DNA of 64,000 bases. It comes from Mobula birostris. Taxonomy: Eukaryota. The stretch is taken from positions 20,003,309-20,067,308 of the forward strand of contig NC_092379.1 in assembly GCF_030028105.1 (NCBI RefSeq). The letters are read 5' to 3'. The notes beneath the pieces are model-generated. The model was not told the origin of the DNA. It saw only the letters and a program-made list of their open reading frames with translations, and did not search any database. The position numbers and the translations under genes were made by a program. Below, piece by piece: positions 49,321 to 61,019 of the stretch. Positions within the stretch are counted from its first letter, which is position 1, and each line of letters opens with the position of its first letter.

Positions 49321-51265
49321 TGACTACCCTCCAATCCGCAGGAACTGATCCTGAATCTATAGAGCATTGGAAAATGATTACCAATGCATCCACGATTTCT
49401 AGAGCCACCTCCTTACCCTGGGATGCAGACCATCAGGCCCTGGGGATTTATCAACCTTCAGTCCCATCAGTTTACCCAACACCATTTCCTTCAGTTCCTC
49501 TGTTACCCTAGGTCCTCTGTCCACTATTACATCTGGGAGATTGTTTGTGTCTTCCCTAGTAAAGACAGATCCAAAGTACCTGTTCAGCTCGTCTGCCATT
49601 TCCTTGTTCCCCATAACAATTTCACCCGTTTCTGTCTTCAAGGGCCCAACTTTGGTCTTAACTAATTTTTTCCTCTTCACATACCTGAAGAAGCTTTTAC
49701 TATCCTGCTTTATATTTTTGGCTAGCTTACCTTTGTACCTCATCTTTTCCCCCCATATTGCCTTTTTCGTTATCTTCTGTTGCTCCTTAAAAGTCTCCCA
49801 ATCCTCTGGCTTCCCACTCATGCTTGCTATGTTATACTTCCTCTCTTTTATATTTATACTGTCCTTGACTTCCCTTGTCATCCACGGTCGCCCCTTACTC
49901 CCCTTAGAACCTTTCTTCCTCTTTGTAATGAACTGATCCTGCACCTTCTGTATTTTTCCCAGAAGTACCTGCCATTATTGTTCCACTGTCATTGCTGCTG
50001 GGGTATCTTTCCAGTCAGCTTTTGCCAGCTTCTCCCATCATGTGTCCATAGTCCCCTTTGTTCAACTGTAATACTGACACTTCCGATCTTCCCTTCTCCC
50101 TCTCAAATTGTAGATTAAAACTTATCATATTATGGTCACTACCTCCTAATGGCTCCTTTACCTCGAGTTCCCTTATCAAATCTGGCTCATTACACAACAC
50201 TAAATCCAGAACTGCCTTCTCCCTGGTAGGCTCTAATACAAGCTGCTCTAAGAATCCATCTCTGAGGCATTCCACAAACACCCTTTCCTGGGGTCCAGTA
50301 CCAACCTGATTTTCCCAGTCTACCTGCATCTTAAAATCCCCCATAAAAACCATAGAATTACCTTTGCGACATGCCAATTTTAACTCTTGATTTAGCTTAC
50401 ACCCTATATCCAGGCTACTGTTTGGGGGCCTATAGATAACTCCCATCAGGGTCTTTTTGCCCTTACAGTTTCTCAGTTCTATCCATACTGACTCTACATC
50501 TCCCGATTCTATGTCCCCCCTCGCAAGTGACTGAATTTCATTCCTCACCAACACAGCCACCCCACCCCCTCTGCCAACCTGTCTGTCCTTTTGATAAGAT
50601 GTATAACCCTGAATATTCATTTCCCAGCCCTGGTCCTTTTGCAGCCATGTCTCTGTTATTCCCACAACATCATACTTGCCAATTTCCAACTGAGTCTCAA
50701 GCTCATCCATTTTATTTCTTATACTCCGTGCATTCATATACAAATGTATAGTACTTTTGATCCATTTAAAGTAATACTTTTACTCCTCTCACCTATCACA
50801 TTGATTCCTATTGCACTTGCCCATACTCTCCGATCCCTTCCTGATCTTTCTGCCCCTTTAATTCTGTTGTCTTTCTTAACTTTTCTTATTCTCTCATTCC
50901 CTTATTCCCTTTAACTCCATTCTAATATTTCCGGTTCATCCCCTCCCCCCCACGACTTAGTTTAAACACACCCGTGTAGCAGTGGCAAACTTGCCTGCCA
51001 GAACGCTGGTCCCCCGTCTGTTAAGGTGCAACCCGTCCCTTCTGTACAATTCATCCTTACCCCAAAACAGATCCCAGTGGTCCAAGAATCTAAATTCTTG
51101 CTCCCCACACCAGCTCCTCAGCCACACATTCAGATCCCCTATCTCCCTGTTCATGTCCTCTCCAGCACAAGGAACTGGAAGCAAACCCGAGATAACCACC
51201 CTGGAGGTCCTGCTTTTCAGCCTTCTTCTGAGTTCTCTGAAGTCACGCTGCAAAAGGCCACAGTT
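49320..51265 (-). mobile_element. CR1 5' portion (SGNH-esterase-like ORF1, endonuclease), same family as the 46110 copy, inverted
   Basis: VVISGLLPVP...DHWDLFWGKDELYRRDGLHLN; MYMNARSIRNK...; ends at [11 protein letters not shown]. Confidence 0.93.
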
Positions 51266-51548
51266 TGAGAATAAGGGGTAGGCCATTTAGAAAAGAGTTG
51301 AGGAAAAACTTTTTCACCCAGAGAGTTGTGAATCAGTGGAATGCTGTGCCTCAGAAGGCAGTCGAGGCCAATTCTCTGGATACTTTCAAGAAAGAGTTAG
51401 ATAGAGCTCTTAAAGATAGCGGAGTGAAGGGATATGGGGAGAAGGCAGGCACGGGGTACTGATTGTGGATGATCAGCCATGATCACAGTGAATGGCGGTG
51501 CTGGCTTGAAGGGCTGAATGGCCTACTCCTGCACCTATTGTCTATTGC
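51265..51548 (+). mobile_element. CR1 extreme 3' end
   Basis: LRIRGRPFRKELRKNFFTQRVVNQWN with a CTATTGTCTATTG tail. Confidence 0.9.
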
Positions 51549-51720
51549 TTACCAAGGCTCAGAGGCTAGGAGTAAAGAGGATAGGTGTAAAGTCCCAGGG
51601 GTTGTGAAGGGCCTCAGACTGCATTGTCTGGTGATTGTGTTGTCGTTGGGATTGCAGTGTCAGAATGCAATGTGGTGAGATGGAAGGTGAAAGTTGGGCT
51701 TTATGGGATGCTTCTGTTAG

Positions 51721-51875
51721 TCAATTAGTTACCTTGACAATGGTGACGAAGGTGCTGTAGAGGAAACTGATGATGAACAGAATGGCAAAGGCAACAACTG
51801 TAAGCACATTGTCATCTCCATCCACGTGTCCCTGATCTTCCTTCCCCTCCTCTCCTGTCAAGTCTGTGCAGATTT
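51721..51875 (-). CDS. Ig heavy-chain transmembrane exon (IgW-like)
   Basis: Acceptor ttttttttcag| in phase 1. Encodes EICTDLTGEEGKEDQGHVDGDDNVLTVVAFAILFIISFLYSTFVTIVK, with the CART motif LF..S..YST.VT. Then either a GT donor at 51732 or read-through VTN*. Confidence 0.9.
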
Positions 51876-54269
51876 CTGAAAAAAATGAGAAAGTGAGGCG
51901 GTTAGTTTCTTGTTGATGTTTCCTGAAGATCAACAACATCCCAATCACGTGAAGACAACAGGAGGACAGAAACACAGGAGACCTGAGCCAGTTCCACTAT
52001 TCAATGATATTATAGTTAGTCTATGACTGACTGCATTGACCTGACTTTTCCCCAGATCCATTAATCCCTGGGATTGTCAAAACCATTCAATCTCATGTTT
52101 AAAATGACCTTCAGACCTGACACTGTAGCAGACTGTTCCAAACTTCCATGAACCTCTTCAAGTTGAGTGTCTGTATTTCTTTGCAGTAATGTCTTGTTTT
52201 GCACTGTCTTTTTTCCCTCTTCATTGTCTTGTATGATTTATGTAAAATTAGGATTTAGTGTGTTGTCTGAAGCTACATGCCTGTGATGCTGCAAGCAAGT
52301 TTCTGATTTTACCTGCACATCAAGGTACTTGTGCACATGACAATAAACACGACTTAACTTGGTGATTAGAGTCATGTTTCCTTACAGCATATCATGTGTA
52401 ACTTGGGAGCCCCTGGGCAGAAATAAATGAACTAGATTCTCCAAATCGACTATGTTCACTCCGCCAAAAATATTGACCAGATCTTCCCTTAGCATTCTTC
52501 ATTACAGATGCTACACTCTCATTTAACATCATCCCATCTTGTAATTTGCACTGGGGAGTGCACGTATGTTCAGCACCCCCTCCAAACAGTATGCCCTTTC
52601 CTGGATGTGGTCGCAAGCCCTTGAATTGGTTCTTGCCAATTCATTTCGATTATTATCTCTGTAGTTAAAACCTTACAGATTGCTGATAGATTTGCCAGCC
52701 TTGTGTGAGTGGCAAAGTTGTCACGTGGGTATCTGCCCAATATCAGCGCCGACTGCCTGTCTTTTGATCGCTGCTGGAGATGGATTCTGTGAGCAGCCTG
52801 TTGCTGTGTGTCTCGCTGTGACAAGCGGGTCGGCCTCTCTGCCTCGTGTGGTGTCCCTCTCCTCTCTTTCAATGAATGTTGGTGATATCGGAGATGGTAT
52901 CGTGGTTCAATATTTATGGATTGGACGATTGTGTTTATGGACTGTGGACGTTTTCAGGTTTATGGTTTTTATATTCTGTATTTTTAAACGCCTGTTCCTT
53001 TTCAGTTTTGTTGTGCGAGGGGAGAGTGTTTGGGAGTCGGTGTTCTGTTAGTTTTTTGTGCGGGGAGGGGTTACTTTTTGGTGGTCGATGTTTCTGTTCC
53101 ATTTTGTGTGGGGGAGGGTGTTTTTGGGGGGGGTTGATGATCGGGTGCTGTTCTTTTTCATACAGGAGGTGGGTTTGCTGTCTCTTTGAATGACTCATAT
53201 TCTTTCTTTGTTTTCATGGCTATCTGGAGAATCAAATTTCAGAGTTGTATATGGATATATGCTTTGATAATAAATGAATCTTTGAACCCTTGATCTAGTG
53301 AATCACTTTGGCACTGAACATATTGCTGTAGGTCACAGGGGGTCACTGCCTACATATCGTCCCTTCTTTCTGTAACTCTCCACTTTCAAAATGAGTTCAC
53401 CAAATGTTATCACAAAGTTGATAAAATACCTTTCTCTGTCAATTAACTTTGTATATATGAAATTGTGGACCAATCTGGAATGTTCTATTATTTGCACAGT
53501 GGAAACTATAATGCACATATACATATATATATATATATATATATAATGTATACACACAAACGCATACACATATACCTCCCTGCTCACTGCAAAAACGGAG
53601 ACACCTCCTTCTCCCTTATTAGGAAGAGAGAGAACCTATGGTATGTCGAATGCTGGGTGAAATGCCAAGTCTTTGGGGTAACTGCAAGCCTGTGTCTTTG
53701 CTACTGCTTTACTCATGCTTGAGTGCTCGGTGGCGGGTGCCGAGGTGCTTTTTTTGCTGGTGGGGGGAGGGGGGATTGTTGCTTGCTGCCGCTTATGTGT
53801 GGGAGGGGAGAGCTGGAGGGACTTTGGAGTTCTAACATTTGACTGTTGTTCATTCGTTGGGGCACTCCTCTGTTTTTGTGAATGGTTGCAAAGAAAAAGC
53901 ATTTCAGGATGTATATTGTATACATTTCTCTGGCATTAAGTTTGACATTTGAACCTTCGATATCTACTTGAATGTCTGTCTGTCCATACAATGAAGGACA
54001 GAACCAACCAGGCAACACTTCCCACCACTCATGTTTAAGTCACACACATGTATCCCAAAACATACCGGCACAGAATACTGGCAGCCGAAAGCTTTCCATA
54101 CCTTCTTTATTGGAACTTTGATTACACAAACACAGGCTGACATGTAACCTGTCAAGTAGTCTACACAAGTTTCCAACAGGATCAGACCTGACACAAGGAA
54201 GTTTTAACAAGAACTGCAGGATCTCAGAAATGTTAGTAACTTATTTCTAATTTATGCCTGCTTTGTTGC

Positions 54270-54790
54270 CGCTGCTACTGTGCGATCGAGAATCTCTGGA
54301 GGGGAAGGCCCCAGATCCTCAGCTTTGCTGATTGCCTGTTGCCGGGGCTGGGGTTGAAGCGCTCAGCAGAGATGGTGCTTGGTGCTAGGTGTTGGAGGGC
54401 TGGTCGGAGGCTCGAAGTTCTCGGACGGACTCAAGAGTCGGCTGCGGTCAGGTGCTTCCAGGGTGCTGCATCGGCAAGTTTGCGGCGCTGGAAGTTCATG
54501 GCAGGGAGAGTTTTTCTTCCTTCTACCGTCTGCGTGAGATGATGGGACTTTCAAGAGACTTTGAGACTTTTTTTTACAGTGCCCATGGTCTGTTCTTTAT
54601 CAAGCTACGGTATTGCTTTGCATTGTTGTAACTATATGTTATAATTATGTGGTTTTTGTCAGTTTTTTTAGTCTTGGTTTGTCTTGTGTTTCTGTGATAT
54701 CATACTGGAGGAACATTGTATCATTTCTTAATGCATGCATTACTAAATGACAATAAAAGAGGACTGCGTGTCCTCATAATCTAATCTAAT
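54270..54790 (+). mobile_element. LINE/SINE-like repeat 3' region
   Basis: Ends ATGACAATAAAAGAGG...AATCTAATCTAAT, a microsatellite tail of Rex/L2 type. Family not resolved. Confidence 0.5.
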
Positions 54791-55054
54791 TTTTGTATTT
54801 AATCCTGAAATATGTATTTCCATTTTGAGCTTATGAGAAAGGACTTGCAGGTAATCTTGCTTGTTTCAGTGACGTAAACCACACTGTTGTTGGATCAACC
54901 ATCAATTGAAGGTTGACAATTGGAGTTGTTGGCCACTCTGTCCATGGGAATCTCTGCTGCAGAGAACCCAGTGACACAACTTCTTTCCATCTCACCTGGT
55001 GAGGAAGGGTAACTTTAGAGGGTTCCTACTGGGACTTTTTTATTCAGATGACGT

Positions 55055-55383
55055 TTACCTGGAATATTCTGCTCTTACACCATCCAGCCCAAACTTTACA
55101 CCACTAGTAATCTCTCCACATGTAAAAGGCAAAAGATTTTTATTTTTCGAAAGGAAACAGAAAATGTAGAAAGTGTTCAGCATGCTAGAGAACACTCGTG
55201 AACAGAGAAAGGGATAACATTGAGATAGCATCACAAGTGTACTCTGTACCATTGCTTCAGCACTAGTTCTGTGCCTGGCTGAGTACTGTGCATCTCTCTG
55301 GTTTACTGGAATGCAACAACTGTCTGATGTCCAGTTACATTCCACAATGCCTGCTCCAGTGGAACTGAGTTCCTCCAGTTCTG
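55055..55383 (-). CDS. Candidate Ig secretory exon (Cys-containing tail)
   Basis: NAGNAG acceptor in phase 1, matching the donor at 55795. Open frame AELEELSSTGAGIVECNWTSDSCCIPV... to TAA at 55055, with AATAAA at 55044-55039. Pyrimidine tract is weak. Confidence 0.45.
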
Positions 55384-55795
55384 CTGACAGACAGACTTGC
55401 TTCATGTTTCTGAGACGCTGGTGTGAGAACATTGACCCTGCAGTCATTATTTCATCATTCCCTCACTGACAAGGCCGGCATTCCTTGCACTGCTCCAGCA
55501 GGCCCATCACAGAGCAGTGAAGAGTTTGGTGTGGGACTGATGGATACAGGTAAACAGGGTAGGAAGTTCCGCCAGTGTCCTTCACCAAAGAACATCAGTG
55601 AAATAGTTTGTAATCTAAAACTAGCTTGAAGCATTGAATGAACTCTGATTCTTTCCCACTCTCTGCCTCTGCATTATTAATCCACTCACACAACTACAAC
55701 AATGCCAGACTTGCCGTTACCTATTGACCTTGCTTGTCCCTGGGTTGTGACTGTGGCAGAGGATGTCAACAGTGGAGTGAATCTCAGAATCATAC

Positions 55796-56113
55796 CTTGA
55801 ATGTTTTTCACATCCTGCCTGACACTGGTGTTGGAGGGGGGATGAGACACTGTGCATCTGAAAACTGAGCCTTCCTTCCACTCCTCTGTGCTCACGCTCA
55901 GGACGTAGCTGGCAATGAAAGTCCCTGCCTGTTCCAGAGCAGTTGGTCTCACACTGGTGCTGGAAGAGATCAGAGAGTCCCCTTTCTCCCAGGTGACGGT
56001 TATTTGTTCCGGGTAGAATCCAGAGGCAACACACTCGAGGGTGACCGTGTTCCCACTCTTGGTCTCTCCCTCTGGCGGCAGTAACAGTCTGTCTTTGGGA
56101 CTTTTTATCTCCA
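55796..56113 (-). CDS. Ig heavy-chain constant exon, IgW C4-like (homologous to IgNAR C3), intact
   Basis: ttccag| ... CAA G|gtatga, 318 bp, phase 1-1. Motifs VTLECVASGFYPEQITVTW, PTALEQ, EEWKEGSVFRCTVSHPPS. Confidence 0.93.
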
Positions 56114-56202
56114 CTGGAACAGATAGGCAAACAATGGAAATATCACACATTTTTACTGAGGTAATCAATGTTGTCCATTTTAATTGCTGACCTCTTGCCC
56201 AC

Positions 56203-56505
56203 CTTTGGTACTTTTTGTTCGTGCTGATACTGGTGAGGTTGAAGAAGGTTGATGGGCAGAGCAAGTGTACTCCACCCCACTGGTCCACTCCTCCACACTG
56301 ATCTGGAGTTGGCTGATCGCTGTGTCTTGGGTTCCTTCCTCTCTTGCTTTTTTGGTCACATTTGCTTTGACTTTCTCCCTCTCGTTCACCTGCCAGTGGA
56401 TTTGGACCTGGCTCAGATCAGTACCCACAATCATACACACCAGAGTAGCGGTCTGGTTGATCCACATCTCTTCAATGGAGGGATTTTGGATAAAGACAGA
56501 CAACT
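56203..56505 (-). CDS. Ig heavy-chain constant exon, IgW C3-like (homologous to IgNAR C2), intact
   Basis: tctag| ... AAA G|gtgggc, 303 bp, phase 1-1. ELSVFIQNPSIEEMWINQTATLVC...W...ISQLQISVEEWTSGVEYTCSA. Confidence 0.93.
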
Positions 56506-56834
56506 CTAGATTCGAAACAGAAAACTTACAAACTGGACAATATCTATTGTCAGCTGGCTTGACAACTTCAGCTCAGACTTATCCTGTGCAGAATTGTACA
56601 ACGGAATGAAATCAGGTTTGTTTACAGAGTGGGTTGCTCATCTCTGCTTACAACCTCTGACTGAGAAAACAAAATCAAACATCAAGGAGCTTATTTCCTT
56701 GGGACCAAGTCGGGTCACAGCAGGGACTACAGGACAGTCCTCCAGCTACATCACATTTAGCTGCTGTAAAGCCAATAAAATACACTATTTGAGCTGCAAA
56801 TTGTGAGAAGAGATGCAGTTTCTGATCAAAGGCA

Positions 56835-57210
56835 ACATTTCCTGAAATCTTCCTGTCTCAGGAAGGGAATTTGTGGGAAGACACACCAGTCTTCATTGAG
56901 GGATCAGCAGTGGAAAGGCTGAGCAGTTTCCAGTTCCTGGGTGTTAATATCTCTGAAGATCTATCCTGAGTCAACATATTGATGCAATAACAAAGAAGGC
57001 ACGACAGTGGCTGCATTTCATTTGGAGATTGAGTACGTTGGTATGTCGGTAAAGACTCTCTCAGATCTCTACAGGTGTACCATGGATAAAATTCTAACTG
57101 TTTCACAATCGGAAAAAGCTGCAGGAGGTTGTAAACTCAGCCAGCTCCATCATGGGCACCAACCACCCCAGTGTTGATGACATCTTCAACAGGCGATGCC
57201 TCAGGAAGGA
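56835..57210 (+). mobile_element. Rex/Babar LINE fragment
   Basis: Sequence SSFQFLGVNISEDLS...HIDAITKKA, similar to 9690-9780. Confidence 0.7.
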
Positions 57211-57211
57211 G

Positions 57212-58090
57212 GTGTGGTGTATTTGCAACCTATCTTAGTATTAATTAGACAGTGCATATATCGATGCTTTATGCTCTTGACCTGTATTTATTCTCATTCT
57301 CGCTTCCATGCTCCCTCAGTCATGTGTTGTTCTGTCCCAGACTGATGACCGAACTTGGCAAGTGTCAAAACTACATTAACTGACCTTACCATTTCAATAC
57401 ATGATATTGCTCCTTTCCTGAGAAATGAACTGCAGTGTTTTAGAACACATTCAACTCACAGATTTAATTATTTCAATTCAGCAGTATTCTCTGATATGCA
57501 TGACTATAACCAACACATTTTCTGTTTCAACCTAATGATAACTCTGGAACTGAAAACTTCATTTTTAACTTACAACTGTTTACGTTGTTTCAAACCCACA
57601 ACTTAAAGCTCTACTTCAATCCAAAATCGTTAAACTTCAGTGGTTGTTTCCTAACCCTTTGAGGTTTCTCTTTGCTTTCAATGTCTTGTAATGACTTTTG
57701 CTCACGGTGAAGCTATACTTGTCTGTAACTGTCCATCATTTTGTCCTCCTGTCTCGGTACCTCATTGTGAAATCCTTGAATTTTCTCCTTTTTGCCAAAA
57801 GTCTATCTTGTGTTGAACTTTTTCACGTATTCTGTTCCTTGCATACTGCACTCCAATGGGAAATTCAACTACCTTTTGAGTTCCTGTTCTCCTCATCACC
57901 CTGTGATGTGTGCTGTTGAACGGTGCGCTGAATTTCTCCACTTTTTCTTGCTGGATAAGCACAGTGTCCCCAACTTTTGCAGTAGACTCCTGTGCTCCTC
58001 TGTGGTCGTCTGCATACAGCTTGTACTTTCCTTTCTGTTCTGCATCTTGATCTCCAACTTCCAGTTCTGCTGTCTGTACCTCCTTGATGT
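57212..58090 (-). mobile_element. Gypsy (K02A2.6-like) integrase C-terminus plus probable 3' LTR remnant
   Basis: DAEQKGKYKLYADDHRGAQESTAKVGDTVLIQQEKVEKFSAPF...GVQYARN. Purine tract AGGAAAGGAG near 57410-57419. Confidence 0.65.
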
Positions 58091-58277
58091 CTGGTAACCC
58101 ATCTCTGCAGCATTCTACTAGTCACAGGTCTCCAGTCAGAGAGGTAACCATCTACAACCAGTCTCTGGCTTCTCTCACAAAGCCAAAATCTAATCCAATT
58201 TACTACCTTATCTTCAATGCTGAGCAGCTGACCTTTCCTGACCATCCTTCCATGGGGTGCAGATGTAGATGTAGATA

Positions 58278-59589
58278 CACCCTATCCTTGTTATATGTGG
58301 GGGATACGTTCCTCGCAGTCGATGCGTAATATGAATAATTATTTAAATAGAGAAAATAGGGATGCGTTCCAGAGGGCTTCCTAAATATGTTTTATCTGTA
58401 ATTTGTTCACATCTTCATACTAATAAAACACAAAAGCAGTACCAGAAGGCAACATTTGTATTATATTTCATCAGTTTAAGGTAATATTCAGTGTAATAAA
58501 TCACAGAAAGTTAACATCCTAGGGTGTACAGTACTCACCAACAGTGGCAGGTGTGTTCGCTCCAGGAGATGAGTGGTTGTTGTGGTGTCGGGCAGCTTTA
58601 CATAGATAAGGTGGATGGCTGCGGTCGTCAGGATCATATCAAGCACCGCAAGGGGTGAAGGAAGACTCACAGAACTCTTAGAACTGCTGGCAGCAGGAGA
58701 TGACACCGATTTGAAGAAAGTGGTGAGGGCTGTTTTTCAGCTTAAATTTGCTTTTAGGGAAGAAGGGTTCACGGCAGGGAATGGCTGAAATGCTGACTCT
58801 GTTCTAAACTTGGGTCCATGTCCATTGCCATTTGTGCCAAGTGTTCCGACTTCCACCATTCCCTCACTGTTGGTAAAGTCTCAGGATTTTCAAAATCATC
58901 TGTAGCTTGCAGCATCTGAGAGATAGTTCGCCGTAACAAAAAAACACCTTGAATGTGGATCACACCTTGGTCGAGTGGTTGAATCAGCGATGTTGTGTTA
59001 GGCGGCAGGAAATGCACTGTTATGTTAGGATGAATGTTGTCCAAATGTTTAGGATGGGCTGGCACATTGTCAAGCAACAAAAGAACTTTAAAGGCAAGAT
59101 TCTGTTCCTGGCAGTAGCGTCCCAGATCTGTGTTACCCTCAGCTGATGCTGTGCTGTTTATAATTTCCAACTTTTTTCCAAGTGTTAAAGCGGTTCTCTG
59201 CCGTGTGGCTGATGGCCTAGGACATGACATCGGACGCTTTGGAAGCATAGTTAAATATTTCAAGTACAAAATCACTGCACCATAGATAAAAGAAACAAAA
59301 GTTTAAGAGCACAAGATCACGCATCCACACCTTGCCAAAACCAATGCGAGAGTGGCGGGAGTGAGATTGTGAAGCACGCGGACCTGACTTGTATTGGCGG
59401 GAAAGCGGTGCTTCTCATCCCAACAGTGAGACTGTGAGATGTGCACACGTGTCTTGTATTGGTGGGAAGGCAGTGCTCCTCGCACAACTGTGAGCTTTGG
59501 ACGCATATAAGGAGACGTTGGTAGAAACAGGTTCCTCGCATAACTGTGAATCCGCATTGTCTGAAGATGCATATAACGAGGATAGGGTG
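58278..59589 (-). mobile_element. Tigger/pogo deletion derivative
   Basis: TIRs CACCCTATCCT(T/C)GTTATATG with TA on both sides. Transposase N-terminus is fused directly to LLLLDNVPAHP...IQPLDQGVI. Inserted in CR1 remnants. Confidence 0.92.
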
Positions 59590-60071
59590 TACATACAGTC
59601 CATGTAGATAACTTCTACTATCTTCCCTTCATCAAATTTCCTGGTAACTTCCTCAAAAAACTCTATAATGTTGACTATACTTAATCAGTCCATGTCTATC
59701 CACATACTCAGATATCCGGCCCCTTAGAATACCTTCCAATAACTTTCACACTACAGATGTCAGGCTCACTGGCCTATAATTTCCTGGTTTACTTTTTCAG
59801 TCTTTTTTAAACAGTGGAACAACAACAGCTATCCTACAATCAGCTGGGCTGTCAGCTGCCGCTAAAGATGTTTTAAATATCATTGCTAGGGCCCCTGCAA
59901 TTTTTGCATTTCCTCCCACAAATTACACCCTAATTTGCCTCAAGACAGCAAACACCTTCTCCTCTGTAATGTGTATCAGGAGCATGTTCACGCTGCTGCT
60001 TTGCCTCACTTCAATGGACTGTCCATCTCCCAAGTAAATACAGATACAAAAAATCCATTTAAGATCTTCTC

Positions 60072-60192
60072 AAACACGAGGAAATCTGCAAATGCTGGAA
60101 ATTCAAACAACACACACAAAAAATGCTGGTAAACGCAGCAGGCAAGGCAGCATCTATAAGAAGAGGTACAGTCGATGTTTCGGGCCGAGGCC
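60072..60192 (-). mobile_element. Penelope tail with degenerate hammerhead
   Basis: Minus strand reads CTGATGAAGGGCCTCGGCCCGAAACATCGACTG. Stem III has a G>A change and stem I is truncated. Confidence 0.8.
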
Positions 60193-60428
60193 CTTCATCA
60201 GGAAGATTTAATACATTGTGCAGTCCTACACAGGGTTGAAATCCATTCAAACGTGGCAGAAGAAGGTCTGAGAATGTACACACAAACTCAGAGATTTGTG
60301 GTGAATCATGTTTGTAGTTTAATTTGGTTCTTGATCTTAATTTCATTTTTAATTATTTTAAAAGGTCCAGGCTTTTATCATGTTTTAATCAGTTAAATAA
60401 TCCTCTGTGGTAGTTAATAATCATAAAG

Positions 60429-60842
60429 CTAACAAAAGTAGGGTTTCATGGATTGAATCACACAGTATTGCACACAAGATTTAAAACTATCGGTCAGAAC
60501 GAGTGAGACATTGACCAGGGTGGGTTTACTGTGAGATTTATTGATGCTTCGGAACAGGTTGGTTGTGAGCGACTCATGACCCACCACACAGGAGAAAGTG
60601 GTGCCGCTATTCCACTCCTCAGGAGAAACCTTCAGCTGACTGGTCATTATGTTCCAGCCTTTTCTGGGGTCCTTGGTCACTGGCTGGTTCACAAACCCTG
60701 TCTTCAGAAGGGTGTCATTGGCCATCTAGGCCACATAGATCTCTGCGGGAGAGAACTTGGTGACCAGGCACATCAAGGTCACAGTCTGATCAGTGACTAC
60801 CTCATTCAATGAAGGGGGAAGGAGGATGAGTCACAACACCAC
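60429..60842 (-). pseudogene. Terminal Ig constant exon with secretory tailpiece (IgW C6-like / IgNAR C5-like), disrupted
   Basis: VTLMCLVTKFSPAEIYVA*MANDTLL...EEWNSGTTFSCVVGHESL...KPTLVNVSLVLTDSFKSC. TAG replaces the invariant Trp (60728-60726). In-frame TGA at 60833-60831, and the frame is out of phase with the acceptor. Confidence 0.9.
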
Positions 60843-61019
60843 CTGGAACAGAGAGAATCTCAGTTAGAATGAATCTTCCAATAATTCCTTACTTACCCAA
60901 CAGATTCTGGTCTTGCACCAATATGAACAGTTTCGAAATCTGAGAGGCTTCACTTTATCTGAAACTAAAGGCTTTTCCCTTTCTGCTCATTGTTGGGATT
61001 GGTGGAGCGGAAATCTTGA

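Noticed and set aside
53517-53546. (TA)n tract as a functional element
   Set aside because: Ordinary microsatellite.
55686-55795. Read-through tail after the C4-like exon as a secretory tail
   Set aside because: No Cys, no tailpiece motif, no nearby AATAAA, and a good GT donor is present.
60061-60197. TSD for the third Penelope tail
   Set aside because: Only AAGAT (5 bp) at inconsistent offsets; the left CR1 flank does not resume on the right.
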